A stretch of 64,000 nucleotides of DNA, from contig JAOZQA010000001.1 in NCBI GenBank assembly GCA_029932465.1, forward strand, positions 2,953 through 66,952. The letters are read 5' to 3'. This document shows positions 47,143-57,884 of the stretch, piece by piece. The position numbers and the translations under genes are program-made. This DNA comes from Thermoplasmatota archaeon. Its GTDB lineage: Archaea > Thermoplasmatota > Penumbrarchaeia > Penumbrarchaeales > EX4484-36. Below the pieces are notes generated by a model. That model was not told where the DNA came from. It made no database searches and saw only the letters and a list, made by a program, of their open reading frames with translations. Numbering within the stretch: position 1 is the stretch's first letter; each line of letters starts with the position of its first letter.

Positions 47143-48618
47143 ATGTTGGGGGAGAAACATCGGAAGGTCAGGGAGGAGGTGCTAAGGAGGGTTAAACCCA
47201 CCCCCGAAGAGGACAGGCGGATTGAAGAAGTGGTCCAGGAGTTGATGGAAAGAATAGAAAGAGCGAAGGAGCTACTCCAGCTATCCTGGGAGATCAGAGC
47301 GGAGCTTGTGGGGTCCATCGCTAAGGGCACTCACCTGAAAGACCCCGACATAGATATCTTCCTCCTCTTTCCCCGGGGGGTGGGTGTTGAGACGCTACAC
47401 ACGGTAGGACTGAAGCTATGCCTGGAAGTCCTCCCCCAGGGCCAGAAGCTCTACACCCAGCATCCCTACATACACGGCGAATTCATGGGATTTGAGGTCG
47501 ACCTTGTGCCCTGTTTTGAGATGAAGAAGGGGGAGGAGATAGGGAGCATGGTGGATAGAACCCCTCTTCACACAAGATTTGTGAAGGAGCACCTGGATGA
47601 AAGTGGAAAGGACGAGGTGAGGTTGCTTAAGGCATTTCTCAAAGGAATAAAGGCTTACGGGGCTGAGGAGGCGGTAAAGGGAATGTCCGGCTATCTAGCT
47701 GAGCTCTTCATTATAAAATTCAGCAATTTTGAGAAGACCCTCCAGGAGCTCTCCCGAATACGTCCTCACACGAAACTGACCCTCGGCGGCCGGGAGGCAG
47801 CAGTCGCTGTAAGAAGAAAGTACACCGATGATGACCCCCTGATCTTCATTGACCCTGTGGACCCCAGTAGAAACGTTGCATCCGCACTTTCTGCAGAGAA
47901 CCTCCTCTACGTAAAGAAGGCAGCTTGCTGTTATCTCAGAGCTCCTTCGTTAAGTTTCTTCTTTCCCCGGAGAATCAGCGAAATAGACGGAGCTAAAGAT
48001 ATCGTATGGGAAAAGGTGCAGGCTATTCTCGGCAGCGGGGGCGGGATCCTTCTTTTAACAGTAGACCTCCCCCCCGTTCAGGCGGACATCTACACTTCTC
48101 AGACCAGAAGATTCCTTAAGAGGGCTGTTGAGACCTTTGAACGTGAGGGCTTCAGGAAAATAAAAAGCGGGTTTTACATCTACTCGCCCCCCCGTGTGGG
48201 CCCCTTTCCAGCTCCCAGAATAAAGGAGCACATAGAATCTGAGAGAGTAGAACTTGTAATGCTGTTCATATTCCCTCAGTACAGAAAAGGTGAGCGAAAA
48301 CTCCACCTGGGGCCTCCGGTTCATGTGAAGGCTAGAGCGGAGGACTTCAGAAGGAAGTGGGAGGGGAGGGAGGAAGCCCTTTCCAGGATATTCATCAGGG
48401 ATGGAAGGTTGGCCCTGTACATCAGACGTAGAATGAGAGAACCTCACCAGATGCTTCCAGTGGTTCTGAAAGCACTTCCCTCACACTTGAAAAAGGCATA
48501 TGAGTCGAGAATCACCATCTCCGTAAACCGGGGTATAGATATCGAAAGGTACTGGGAAGCCCTCTATCTTGCCCTCTCTGGCAGGGAGCTGTGGGAGCTT
48601 GACGAGGATACTGGCTAA
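47143..48618 (+). CDS. cca: Archaeal (class I) CCA-adding enzyme
   Basis: GSIAKGT.L..DIDIF, HPY, VDLVPC, DRTPLH, SGYLAEL, DPVDP.RNVA; start ATG 47137 or 47143. Confidence 0.92.
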   Translation: MLGEKHRKVREEVLRRVKPTPEEDRRIEEVVQELMERIERAKELLQLSWEIRAELVGSIAKGTHLKDPDIDIFLLFPRGVGVETLHTVGLKLCLEVLPQGQKLYTQHPYIHGEFMGFEVDLVPCFEMKKGEEIGSMVDRTPLHTRFVKEHLDESGKDEVRLLKAFLKGIKAYGAEEAVKGMSGYLAELFIIKFSNFEKTLQELSRIRPHTKLTLGGREAAVAVRRKYTDDDPLIFIDPVDPSRNVASALSAENLLYVKKAACCYLRAPSLSFFFPRRISEIDGAKDIVWEKVQAILGSGGGILLLTVDLPPVQADIYTSQTRRFLKRAVETFEREGFRKIKSGFYIYSPPRVGPFPAPRIKEHIESERVELVMLFIFPQYRKGERKLHLGPPVHVKARAEDFRRKWEGREEALSRIFIRDGRLALYIRRRMREPHQMLPVVLKALPSHLKKAYESRITISVNRGIDIERYWEALYLALSGRELWELDEDTG

Positions 48619-48719
48619 GGAGGTCCCTAGTGCGCATCAGGATACGGAGCCATCTGTAGGACATCTCTCCAAGTTGGGAAAGAAAATCTATATATACCGG
48701 ATCTCTATAGAGCCTATTG

Positions 48720-49244
48720 ATGGCTTTTTATAAGAATTATCAGGTGTTCATCATTGTAGCACTTCTCTGCTCGGTGCTGCTCGCCCCCACAACAGGGGCT
48801 GTTAGAACATTTTATATTGAGGGTAATGAGGTTGAGACCCAATCCATCCCCGGGCAGACCCTTCTCTTCATAAACATCACGGTTGTCAACGGAAGCAGGA
48901 TAGACCTCTACATAATAGAAGAGGAGCCCTACATACGAATCATGGACGAGGGCGGGGTAATTGAAGACGAGGCTATACTCATCTGGAAGAACGTCTCCAG
49001 CCTGAAGTTCCAGTTCTATGGTGAGAATTCCACCCGCTATTATCTCGTTATGGTGCCGGTTGGCGGTGCTGATGACCTAGATGAAGAACAACCGTATCTG
49101 ACGGATGTGACAGGCAGTACAGGGAGCACGGTGAATATACAGATAAAATATGAGGAAGAAGAGAAGCAGGGCTTCTATATGGGAATGGGACTTACCGCGT
49201 TGACGTTCCTCATAGTTTTCTATGGTGCCCTCAGAAAACATTGA
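48720..49244 (+). CDS. Secreted protein with C-terminal membrane anchor
   Basis: N-terminal signal-like hydrophobic stretch, beta-rich middle, C-terminal GLTALTFLIVFYGALRKH. Confidence 0.6.
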   Translation: MAFYKNYQVFIIVALLCSVLLAPTTGAVRTFYIEGNEVETQSIPGQTLLFINITVVNGSRIDLYIIEEEPYIRIMDEGGVIEDEAILIWKNVSSLKFQFYGENSTRYYLVMVPVGGADDLDEEQPYLTDVTGSTGSTVNIQIKYEEEEKQGFYMGMGLTALTFLIVFYGALRKH

Positions 49245-49262
49245 ACAGAGAGAGTGTCTCTG

Positions 49263-51032
49263 ATGAGGATTGCGGTTGTTGATTATGACCGATGTCAGCC
49301 CAAGAAGTGTTCCCTGGAGTGTTACAACTACTGTCCTCGCGTCAGGATGGGAGATGAGATCTTCTCTTTTGACAGAGCAGGCAAACCCATAATTTCAGAG
49401 GAGCTATGCATCGGCTGCGGGATCTGCTATCACAAATGTCCCTTCAAGGCCATCCACATAATTGGCCTACCACACGAAATAGAGGAGGAGATTGTTCACA
49501 AGTATTGCGAAGGGGGTTTTAGACTCTACAGGCTCCCCCAGACCTTGGAGAAGAGGGTTATAGGCTTACTTGGAGCAAACGGCACAGGGAAATCAACGGT
49601 CCTTAACATACTCTCTGGACTTCTCACACCGAACTTTGGCATCACGGACAGAGAGGTTACAAGAGAGGAGGTAGTTGAAAAGCATCTGGGGGTTCAGCTC
49701 AGACAGTACTTCTCGGACCTCTATAGTGGAAAGATAAAAGTCGTAGTGAAGCCCCAGTACGTGGACGATATACCCCAGGTTTTCTCCGGAAAGGTGAGAG
49801 ACCTTCTGAAGAGAGTGGCAGATGATGAGAGGATTGAAGAAGTGTGCAGAGAGCTTGAGATGATTGAGATACTAGACAGAGATATTCCGACGCTCTCCGG
49901 GGGGGAGCTTCAGAAGGTGGCAGTGGCAGCAGCACTTCTTAAGGAGGGGGATATGGTCCTCTTCGACGAACCATCCTCCTATCTTGACATACGGGCTCGC
50001 CTGCTTGTGGCCCGTGTGATAAACCGTGAAGCCGAAAAGAGAAGGATGGCTGTAGTAGAGCATGATCTTGCCATCCTGGACTTCCTCTCAGAAATAATCT
50101 ATGTTCTCTACGGGGTGCCCGGGGCCTACGGTGTGGTAAGCGTTCCAAAGAGTACCTCTAAGGCCATCAACGAATTCCTTGAGGGCTACCTAGCTGAGGA
50201 TAATATCAGGATCCGAAGCAAATCCATAAAGTTCACCCTCCACCCTCCCCACAAAGCTGAGAGTAGGGTGGCCCAGGCTGAGTTTCCCCCCTTCACGAAG
50301 ACCTATGAAAACTTCAGTTTCTCCTCCAGCGGAGGCGTTCTTTATCAGGGGGAGGTGGTGGGTGTGGTAGGACCCAACGGTATAGGCAAGACAACATTCT
50401 TCCGCGTTCTTTCGGGGGAGATTGAAGCAGACAGCCCAATAGATATGAACTTGACTATATCGTACAAACCACAGTATTTGGACCAGGAGTACCCTGAAAC
50501 AGTGGAGGAGTTTGTTAAGGAGAGGCTTGAGGAGGACGAGCTTGAGGATTCCTTCGTGCAGAACGAGATCTTCCACCCTCTGAAGATAAAAGACCTCTAC
50601 AGCAGTGAGGTACGAAACCTCTCCGGTGGGGAGCTTCAGAAGCTTCACATAGCGGTGGCCCTTGCCAAGGAGGCGGACCTCTATCTTCTGGATGAACCCA
50701 CAGCTTACCTTGATGCTGACCTGAGAATGTACGTAGCCAGGGTCATAAAAAGGATGATGGACAAGAGAGGAAAGCCCGCCATGGTCATAGACCACGACGT
50801 CTATTTTATTGATCTAGCTAGCGACAGGCTCCTTGTCTTCACAGGAACCCCGGGGGTGGAAGGCCGCAGCGTAGGGCCTTTGGATCTGAAAGAGGGGATG
50901 AATCTCTTCCTGAAGGACCTGGGAATAACGTTCCGGAGGGATTACCAGACCCATCGCCCTAGGATTAACAAGCCCGGTTCCAACCTTGACAGGGAGCAGA
51001 AGAGAAAAGGAGAATACTACTACGCTTCCTGA
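49263..51032 (+). CDS. rli: Ribosome recycling factor ABCE1/RLI
   Basis: Fe-S domain CQPKKC..C..CP and CIGCGIC...CP; two ABC domains (GANGTGKST, GPNGIGKTT, LSGGELQ twice). Confidence 0.96.
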   Translation: MRIAVVDYDRCQPKKCSLECYNYCPRVRMGDEIFSFDRAGKPIISEELCIGCGICYHKCPFKAIHIIGLPHEIEEEIVHKYCEGGFRLYRLPQTLEKRVIGLLGANGTGKSTVLNILSGLLTPNFGITDREVTREEVVEKHLGVQLRQYFSDLYSGKIKVVVKPQYVDDIPQVFSGKVRDLLKRVADDERIEEVCRELEMIEILDRDIPTLSGGELQKVAVAAALLKEGDMVLFDEPSSYLDIRARLLVARVINREAEKRRMAVVEHDLAILDFLSEIIYVLYGVPGAYGVVSVPKSTSKAINEFLEGYLAEDNIRIRSKSIKFTLHPPHKAESRVAQAEFPPFTKTYENFSFSSSGGVLYQGEVVGVVGPNGIGKTTFFRVLSGEIEADSPIDMNLTISYKPQYLDQEYPETVEEFVKERLEEDELEDSFVQNEIFHPLKIKDLYSSEVRNLSGGELQKLHIAVALAKEADLYLLDEPTAYLDADLRMYVARVIKRMMDKRGKPAMVIDHDVYFIDLASDRLLVFTGTPGVEGRSVGPLDLKEGMNLFLKDLGITFRRDYQTHRPRINKPGSNLDREQKRKGEYYYAS

Positions 51033-51114
51033 TTCCCCTGTGCATCTCCACTCGCCGAGGCTTAAGGTTTAAATTTTAAATAGCATGACTCTAATTGCAC
51101 CCCGGAGGGTCTGA

Positions 51115-51810
51115 ATGCTGAGATACTGTTTGGACGGGCTGGAAAACGTGGTTTTCACAGACATTCCCCGGGGATATATAGTCCTCGTCACGGGTCCCCC
51201 TGGTAGTTTCAAGACGGGCATCACGTTCAACATTATGGCCAACTACCTTAAGAATACCGGTGAGTTCGGGGTCTACATGACCCTGGAGGAGAGCACTGAA
51301 TCTCACCTGAGGAACATGGAATCCTTGGGAATCGAGGTGCCGGACAATCTCCTTATAACGGATTACTCCGATATAAGAAAGCGGTTTGAGTCCTCCGAAG
51401 AACACCCGGATTTCCTCGAGATGGTGGACGGGGTGATCAAATACTTCAAGGAGAAAGAGGGTGAGCGTTTTTCCATCTTTGCCCTCGACTCTCTGGGTGC
51501 CCTCTACTCCCTCATATCTACCCAGAACCTCAGGGCCAGAATGTTTCACTTCTTCAAAAAGCTCAGAGATTACAACCTCTATTCCTTCGTCGTTATGGAG
51601 ACCCCAAAATATTCAAACATTGCTGAGGGGGAAGGAGGAGAGTACTTCCTCACAGACGGAATAATCGAACTGGGTATGATCGAGCGTGAGAGGGATGTGA
51701 GGCTTTATCTCCAGGTCCCAAAGCTGAGGGCTGCCTACCATAGCAGGAAGAAGTTCTATATCGATGTTGGAGAGAAGGGTCTGTCCGTGCTCAGCCCTGT
51801 TTATGACTGA
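51115..51810 (+). CDS. Single-domain KaiC/RAD55-family ATPase
   Basis: TGPPGSFKT, TLEES, FALDSL, TDGIIEL, VPKLR. Confidence 0.85.
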   Translation: MLRYCLDGLENVVFTDIPRGYIVLVTGPPGSFKTGITFNIMANYLKNTGEFGVYMTLEESTESHLRNMESLGIEVPDNLLITDYSDIRKRFESSEEHPDFLEMVDGVIKYFKEKEGERFSIFALDSLGALYSLISTQNLRARMFHFFKKLRDYNLYSFVVMETPKYSNIAEGEGGEYFLTDGIIELGMIERERDVRLYLQVPKLRAAYHSRKKFYIDVGEKGLSVLSPVYD

Positions 51811-52020
51811 GGCCCCTCAAAGCAGCATCTCCCGAGCTTTGGCTCCGAGGTTCAGGTTTTCTATGGGTTTGTGACAGGGCAGAGGCTTGCATGCCCTTTG
51901 GACACCTTGTCAGCGGCTAGAGTGCTTGATAACTGTTGTATGATGACTGAGTTGTCAACCTAGAAAAAGAGGGGGAATGGAGGGTGGGAAGAGTGCAAGG
52001 CACCTTCCCGGCTATCCTTC

Positions 52021-55000
52021 TCACTCCATTTCATATTCGTATTCGTCTTCCAGCTCCATCTCCTCTGCTACAGACTCTCCACACTTTGGGCATATGTCAG
52101 CATCGGCAGGCACCAGTGCCCCGCAGTGGGCACAGCGAACCTGGTCTTCAAAGACCGCCCCACAGTGTGGACACTTGGTAGCGTCCGCGGGAACAACCTG
52201 TCCGCACTCCGGGCAGACGAACTCCTCCACCATCTCAACTTCTTCTCCTCCCTCCATCTTCTTCTTCGCCATTGCCCTCATATAGAGGATGAGCGCTATA
52301 AGAGCGGCGATGATTACCAAGATGAGGATCACTGGGGTGGTGAGGAGGGGGTTCTCCTTCTTCTTCACTATGATCTCAATGGTAGTACTGTCCACAGGTT
52401 GGCCTGTGCGTGGGTCTTCCAGTTTGATTATAACGCTGTATTTACCCTCCTTTGTAGGCATGGAGACCTCAACCTGCCATTTCCCATCCTGGACAACCCC
52501 GTAATAATACTTCCCGGCTATTGTTATGTTTACCCTGTAGCCGTCCGCAAATTCGGCTTCGCCCCTTATCACGTGCTTCTCCCCGGGTGTGAACTTACTT
52601 CCCGACCTTATGGTTGCAGTATCCGGATAAAGTTTCGGGCTGTATATGGATTCGTTGCCCGTGGTGAAGGTGAGGTACCAGGTTTCAAGCAGCCTTGCCC
52701 CGTTCTTTCCGTAGCGTACTCCCCCGGGGATGCTTATATTATAGGTGGTGTAAGCGGGAAGCTTCCCATGATATATCGTAAGCACACGCCCACCGCTCCA
52801 TGTGAAGTTCACGTTCGGCATCTGAGGAGTTATGGTGATTGAATTGTTGACCAGGTCAGTTAACACCTCTTTAGAGAACTGGATAACTATAGGATCTCTC
52901 TGTGAGACGTTTGTTCGGTCCTCCGGCTGTATGACATCCACGAAGAGGGGTGTGGGCTCGGTGGTGAAGGTAATGGATTCGTTCCACCAGAGGGCCGGTG
53001 TACCATCGGAGTATTTTATGGTGTTGTAGATGTGGAGGCGGTATGTGGTGCCGTAAGAGAGAGTTTCTTCGGGAGCGAAAACCGCCGTTCGGTCACCGTC
53101 CTTGAAGCTTACCTCTCCCCCTATCTTAACCGTCGAATGGCCCAGTGGAGAGAGGGCAAACCACTCCGTGACGTTGGGGTCATCAATCTTCAGGGGCATG
53201 TCAAACCTTACTTCGATTATAACGTCAACAGGCACGAGGGTCTCACCATCTTCAGGATATGTGGTATATCTTCCCTTTATCTTCTCCAGGGTGACGTTGA
53301 GGAACTCCAGGATCTCACCGGCAGACAGCGTCACGTCAGTTATTGTTGTGGTGGTGTATCCAACACCGGTCCCGTTGAACTCCACAGTCAGGGAGGACAT
53401 GGTCTCTTCCGACGGTCTGAGCATGAGCTGGTAGAAGCCAGCATCATCGGTGGTATCCTCTGAATCGAGGCAACGGACAACAATGCCCGCTACAGGTTCC
53501 CCGTCCTCGGCGTCCTTCACGTATCCGCGGATGTAGGCCGGAGGCCAGGGTACGGTGGTAAAAGTGGCCTGATAGTTCTTCCACAGGAATAGCTCTCCAG
53601 TGGCGTTTCTGATATCCTTGCTTATGAAGATGGTGTAGCTGGTCTCATGTTTTAGGTCGCCTGACGGGTCAAAGATCACCTGTCTTGAGGTGATGGCGTG
53701 TATAGTACCAGGAACAGGAGTCACCCCGTTCTCGTAGAGCTTTACGGTGGAGGTTGTGACGGTGCTGATAAGGACATCCTCAAAGAACGTTATGGTTATG
53801 TTTGTGTCTACTGGCACCTGGTCCTCACCGTCTTCGGGTGATGTTGCAATGGGAAGGGGAATAGGTACCAGATTGAAGTGCACCTGGGTGACCTCACCCT
53901 CTCTCACAACCACAGAATAGTTTCTCCCGGTGTAAAAATGCTCTTTTTCAACAGTGATAGTGAGTGTCCCTGTGACCACCTCATAGAACATAGCGATGCC
54001 TCTCTCGTCAGTATAGTTCACGTACGGTGTTCCGTGAAGGATCACCTCCGCTCCCTCTATGGGCTCTCCTTCTGAGGTCACCACTGCCATGACGGTCCCT
54101 GTGGGTCTCTTCTCCACCCAGAGGTCTTTCACCTCAATGCGGTCTCCTTTGTATACCACTACGCTGTTGTTGAAAGAGCCTATGTAAAGATATGTGCTAT
54201 CCACCGAAACGTTGAGAGGGATCCCGTAGGTTCTGATGTTATCTATCTCAAAGTACCCATTCTCATCGGTTGTTCCCTGCGGCAAGCCGTTGATCTTGAT
54301 GGTTGTCCCTTCAGGCGCTGGAATGGAGGTTCCTTTGAGATAAACCCATCCGTAGATCGTTGCGGGACCTTTTTCTGTTTTGAAGACCGATACGTAATCT
54401 TTCCAAAGGGGATATCCTCCGCTTAAGTCCTTAACGTTGCTACTTACTCTTACTGTGTACCAGGTGTCGTACTCAAGTGGCGGGTGCGTGAGCCTGAGGC
54501 TTCTATTGTTCGTATTCGGAGTGATGTTTATTGAGTAGTTCACCGGTATGTCCGGGTTTTTGACAAGTGTTATGTTTTCTTTCGTTAGAGACGCTGCATC
54601 CATATCCTGATAGAAGTAGATGTAGATGTCACCCACCACAGGGTAGGTGGTGGTGCCATTGGTGGGAACAACGTTCACCGGGAGAGGCTTTTCGACCAGT
54701 TCTATATTGGCATAGTTCACCGTGTTTGCCCTCACTATGACTGACCTGTTTACCCCCACCTCATAATGCTCCTTCTCCGCCTGAACACTTATGGGCAGTA
54801 AGGACTCCACAACATCGACAAAGCGGCATTGCCCTGATGAGTTGGTGATGTCGGAGTATCCAGAGCCGTCGAGAACCCTCACTATAGCCCCTTCCATGGG
54901 CTGACCATCGGCAGTGACATTAACTATGAGGGTCCCTGTTGGCTTCTTCCAGACACGTAATCCTGTGATGTTGACAGAGTCCCCAGCGGAGAGGGTTCTG

Positions 55001-55356
55001 TTCAAGGCCACACTGTTGCCCTGGTAGAGATAGGTGGATTCCACCCTCACCACGGGGGGTTGACCACCCTGTTGACCGCTGGAGATGTTTACTACGAAAT
55101 AGCCGTTGGTATCCGTGGAGGTTGAGTTTATCAAGTTGCCACCGGCAGTGGCGTTCTGATAGACGGATACTATGAAGGTCTCCCCAGTGCCAGTGACATT
55201 CTCAACAATACCGTAAAGGTACACGTCATCTGCTCTTATCGTAGGAAATCCTGTGGCATAATTGCCCTGATCTCCCCCGGGTAATAATAGTGAGAAAGTG
55301 CCCAGGGTTACTATTAATGCCATAAATAAACCAGGAGTGCTCATCTTTCTTCTCAT
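52021..55356 (-). CDS. Large cell-surface protein: prealbumin-like and Ig-like (SbsA/Big_5-like) repeats, TM, cytoplasmic double zinc ribbon
   Basis: Signal peptide; repeated P.DG...VPVD..I.I.F and G.P.EGA.V modules; TM PVILILVIIAALIALILY; tail CPEC/CPHC/CAHC/CPKC. Confidence 0.8.
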   Translation of the reverse strand: MRRKMSTPGLFMALIVTLGTFSLLLPGGDQGNYATGFPTIRADDVYLYGIVENVTGTGETFIVSVYQNATAGGNLINSTSTDTNGYFVVNISSGQQGGQPPVVRVESTYLYQGNSVALNRTLSAGDSVNITGLRVWKKPTGTLIVNVTADGQPMEGAIVRVLDGSGYSDITNSSGQCRFVDVVESLLPISVQAEKEHYEVGVNRSVIVRANTVNYANIELVEKPLPVNVVPTNGTTTYPVVGDIYIYFYQDMDAASLTKENITLVKNPDIPVNYSINITPNTNNRSLRLTHPPLEYDTWYTVRVSSNVKDLSGGYPLWKDYVSVFKTEKGPATIYGWVYLKGTSIPAPEGTTIKINGLPQGTTDENGYFEIDNIRTYGIPLNVSVDSTYLYIGSFNNSVVVYKGDRIEVKDLWVEKRPTGTVMAVVTSEGEPIEGAEVILHGTPYVNYTDERGIAMFYEVVTGTLTITVEKEHFYTGRNYSVVVREGEVTQVHFNLVPIPLPIATSPEDGEDQVPVDTNITITFFEDVLISTVTTSTVKLYENGVTPVPGTIHAITSRQVIFDPSGDLKHETSYTIFISKDIRNATGELFLWKNYQATFTTVPWPPAYIRGYVKDAEDGEPVAGIVVRCLDSEDTTDDAGFYQLMLRPSEETMSSLTVEFNGTGVGYTTTTITDVTLSAGEILEFLNVTLEKIKGRYTTYPEDGETLVPVDVIIEVRFDMPLKIDDPNVTEWFALSPLGHSTVKIGGEVSFKDGDRTAVFAPEETLSYGTTYRLHIYNTIKYSDGTPALWWNESITFTTEPTPLFVDVIQPEDRTNVSQRDPIVIQFSKEVLTDLVNNSITITPQMPNVNFTWSGGRVLTIYHGKLPAYTTYNISIPGGVRYGKNGARLLETWYLTFTTGNESIYSPKLYPDTATIRSGSKFTPGEKHVIRGEAEFADGYRVNITIAGKYYYGVVQDGKWQVEVSMPTKEGKYSVIIKLEDPRTGQPVDSTTIEIIVKKKENPLLTTPVILILVIIAALIALILYMRAMAKKKMEGGEEVEMVEEFVCPECGQVVPADATKCPHCGAVFEDQVRCAHCGALVPADADICPKCGESVAEEMELEDEYEYEME

Positions 55357-55548
55357 GTTTACCCCTTCCTGCTTATGAATTTATCCGATGCGGGATTATG
55401 AGGTATCTGTATATATAGTTTTTTTTGTAGAATGACCGGTGTTACAAATTACAAAAATGCTTTCAGAGAGTGTAAGAAAGGTCAAAGGGGAGCTGCACAA
55501 CGGGCAGCAGGAAGCAGCTGTAGCTTTAAATGGCTATTTTAAGGCTTC

Positions 55549-56664
55549 TTAACCATCTTTAGTGAAGGTAATTCGTGCACCCATATAGTCCACTCTGCAA
55601 ATTTTAGAGAAAATAAGGGGGAAGTCATCCAGAACCCCATCCAGCCGCCTTTTCAACTCCTCCATGATAATCGCCTCCCATGAACGATCGGCCCTCCGAT
55701 GGGACCCCTCGAGCTCTCTGTAGATGGCATCTATTCTCTCTTCAGGTAGATAGGCGCAAACAGTATTGCCTATCATGACGGGGGAGGAGGGCAGTCCCTC
55801 CTCTTTAAGTCTCTCCACAGCTTCTAAAATCTCAACAGGAGCGAGCCGACTCCTTCTCCCGAAGAGCTCTCCAGCCCCTAAAAACCTTTTGGGGGTTATC
55901 TTTCCACGAAGAGTCTTAAGCGCTTCTTTATACGCAACCTTGATTCTTTCCAGCGTAGAGCGGTCCCGCAGAATGTCTGGAGTTGGGATCTCCCTTCCCA
56001 GTACTGCGGTGTAAAGAAAGCCCTCGTCGGGGAAGAACACCTTCTCTACCCTCCCGTGGGGAGGAACCCCGGGTTCTCTTCTTATCTCCACACCCCCCCT
56101 TAAAGCCCCCACCACATCCCCCAGTCCCCACAGCATCTCAACTTCATATTCGTGAACGCTCTCTACAAGGATTCGAAAGATCTTTGAGACATCCTTCCCA
56201 GTTTCGGGGGAGAAGAATCCCTCCCTCATCCTCTCCTGGAACTTCAGAGAGTCAACCTTGCTACCCATTGACAGAATCTTCTCTCTCTCCAGGAATGCGT
56301 AGATGGCCAGAGCAATGGAGAGGAGGGAGGAGGCAGACATGCCATAGCCCTGTGAGAGGGGAAAGGACAGCACTGTTCTTACCTTCAGGGATTCAAAACC
56401 GGGGTTCTTCTCTGGAAGTTCTCTCCCGAGCTTCGCCTCCACCCTCTTTATGAACCCCCCCAGGAACTCTCTATCCCCTCTCCTGCCGTTCAAAGTGTAC
56501 TCCAAGATACCCTTGCCTCTTCCCACCTCGGCAGTGGCCCCTTCCGATAGGCATATGCCAAACCCCCGGGAGCCCGTCTTCAAAGGCTCCTTTTCGTTTA
56601 TGTGGGGCACAAACCCAAGAGAGATGTGTGCTGGGGAGAATGCTTTTGTGAAGCTTATCTCCAT
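55549..56664 (-). CDS. Pantoate kinase (GHMP family)
   Basis: FSPAHIS.GF, GS.G.G, PLSQGYGMS, GLGDV, R..PG.P; overlaps coaBC. Confidence 0.8.
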   Translation of the reverse strand: MEISFTKAFSPAHISLGFVPHINEKEPLKTGSRGFGICLSEGATAEVGRGKGILEYTLNGRRGDREFLGGFIKRVEAKLGRELPEKNPGFESLKVRTVLSFPLSQGYGMSASSLLSIALAIYAFLEREKILSMGSKVDSLKFQERMREGFFSPETGKDVSKIFRILVESVHEYEVEMLWGLGDVVGALRGGVEIRREPGVPPHGRVEKVFFPDEGFLYTAVLGREIPTPDILRDRSTLERIKVAYKEALKTLRGKITPKRFLGAGELFGRRSRLAPVEILEAVERLKEEGLPSSPVMIGNTVCAYLPEERIDAIYRELEGSHRRADRSWEAIIMEELKRRLDGVLDDFPLIFSKICRVDYMGARITFTKDG

Positions 56665-56666
56665 AC

Positions 56667-57884
56667 TCAACCTCCCGCCTTTTCCATTACAGCTTTAACC
56701 AAGGCAGTGGCCACGCGGAACTTATCTCCCTCAAAGGAGCCCAGAGCACCATCCCGCCAATAAAGCGTTATGCGGGTACTCTCCTCCTTAACGTCCTTCA
56801 ACATGTTCGCCGCGACAAAATCCGCCCTGCCCTCCTTTATGTAACTCAACGCCTCCCTTTCCATTACTTTTCTATCATCGCCGCCGACAGCTTTGAAGGC
56901 CACAATGTGAGCGGAGGGGAAAAGTTCTCGTAATAGGTTGAGGACCTTAGGAGCGCTTCTCATTCTGAGTAAGAGCTCCCCGCCAGAGGGTATTTTACCC
57001 TCTCTACTCTCGGGTATGAAGTCGGAAAGCGCTGCGGGCATAAATATGAAATGAAATTCCCTGCCCTTCATCTTCTCAAGCAGCTCTATCAATTCCTCTA
57101 CCCTCCGGAAGCCCGTAATTTCTCCCACTTTGGGGGGAGGGGTGGTAGTTCTGCCCCAGAGAAGGGCTACTTCAAACCCCTCTACGAATAACGCTTTTGC
57201 GATCTCGGAAGCGGTCTTGCCAGTGGACCTGTTGCTTACAACTCGCATCTCGTCAATGGGCTCTTCGGAGGCCCCCCCTATCACAAGGGCGGCCTCTCCT
57301 CTTCCCGGACCTCCTCTGAAGGCTCTGAGTACATGGAGGAAGACCGTTTCTACATCTGGGAACTTTTCCTTTCCCTCCTCCTCCCTCGGTGGGATGAACT
57401 CAACCCCGAGTTCTTTCAGATACTCAATGTTCTTCACCACCGCCGGGTTTCTGTACATCGCGGCATGCATCGCCGGGGCGATCAATATTGGCATCCCCGA
57501 ACCCAGTGCCACTGTGGCAAAGGTGGTAACCGGGGTATCGTCTATTCCGGTGGCAATCTTTCCGATGGTATTGGCTGTGGCTGGTGCGATGAGGAGGAGA
57601 GACTTTTCAGCCTCCTCCTCACCTGCAAAAGTCACATGCTCCACCCCTCCACCCAGCTTTGTGATGGGAGGCTTTCCCGTTGCAAAAAACATGGACTCCG
57701 GCGATAAAATTTCTTTAGCGCTCTCTGTCATTACCGCAATAACATCCGCCCCGTGCCTTATCAGCTCCCGGGCTAATCTCACGCACTCCACCGCTCCAAT
57801 ACTTCCTGTGATGCCAAGGATGATTCTCTTTCCCTCAAGGAGATTGCTTTTGCTTCCCTTTATCCTTTCTGCGGGATGTACCAT
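56667..57884 (-). CDS. coaBC: Bifunctional phosphopantothenoylcysteine decarboxylase / phosphopantothenate-cysteine ligase
   Basis: GITGSIGA, APATANTI, APAMH..MY, EPID.MR..SNRSTG, AALSDF, VAFKA; start ATG 57884. Confidence 0.95.
   Translation of the reverse strand: MVHPAERIKGSKSNLLEGKRIILGITGSIGAVECVRLARELIRHGADVIAVMTESAKEILSPESMFFATGKPPITKLGGGVEHVTFAGEEEAEKSLLLIAPATANTIGKIATGIDDTPVTTFATVALGSGMPILIAPAMHAAMYRNPAVVKNIEYLKELGVEFIPPREEEGKEKFPDVETVFLHVLRAFRGGPGRGEAALVIGGASEEPIDEMRVVSNRSTGKTASEIAKALFVEGFEVALLWGRTTTPPPKVGEITGFRRVEELIELLEKMKGREFHFIFMPAALSDFIPESREGKIPSGGELLLRMRSAPKVLNLLRELFPSAHIVAFKAVGGDDRKVMEREALSYIKEGRADFVAANMLKDVKEESTRITLYWRDGALGSFEGDKFRVATALVKAVMEKAGG

Noticed and set aside
51811-52020. 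Intergenic region with ATGATGA followed by CTGA and small hairpins (C/D-box sRNA?)
   Set aside because: C and D motifs are adjacent with no guide region between them; no SRP or RNase P signature; insufficient support.
57835-57884. 50-nt overlap of the PqqD-like C-terminus with coaBC as programmed recoding
   Set aside because: Both frames are open and complete; no slippery site or internal stop is needed.
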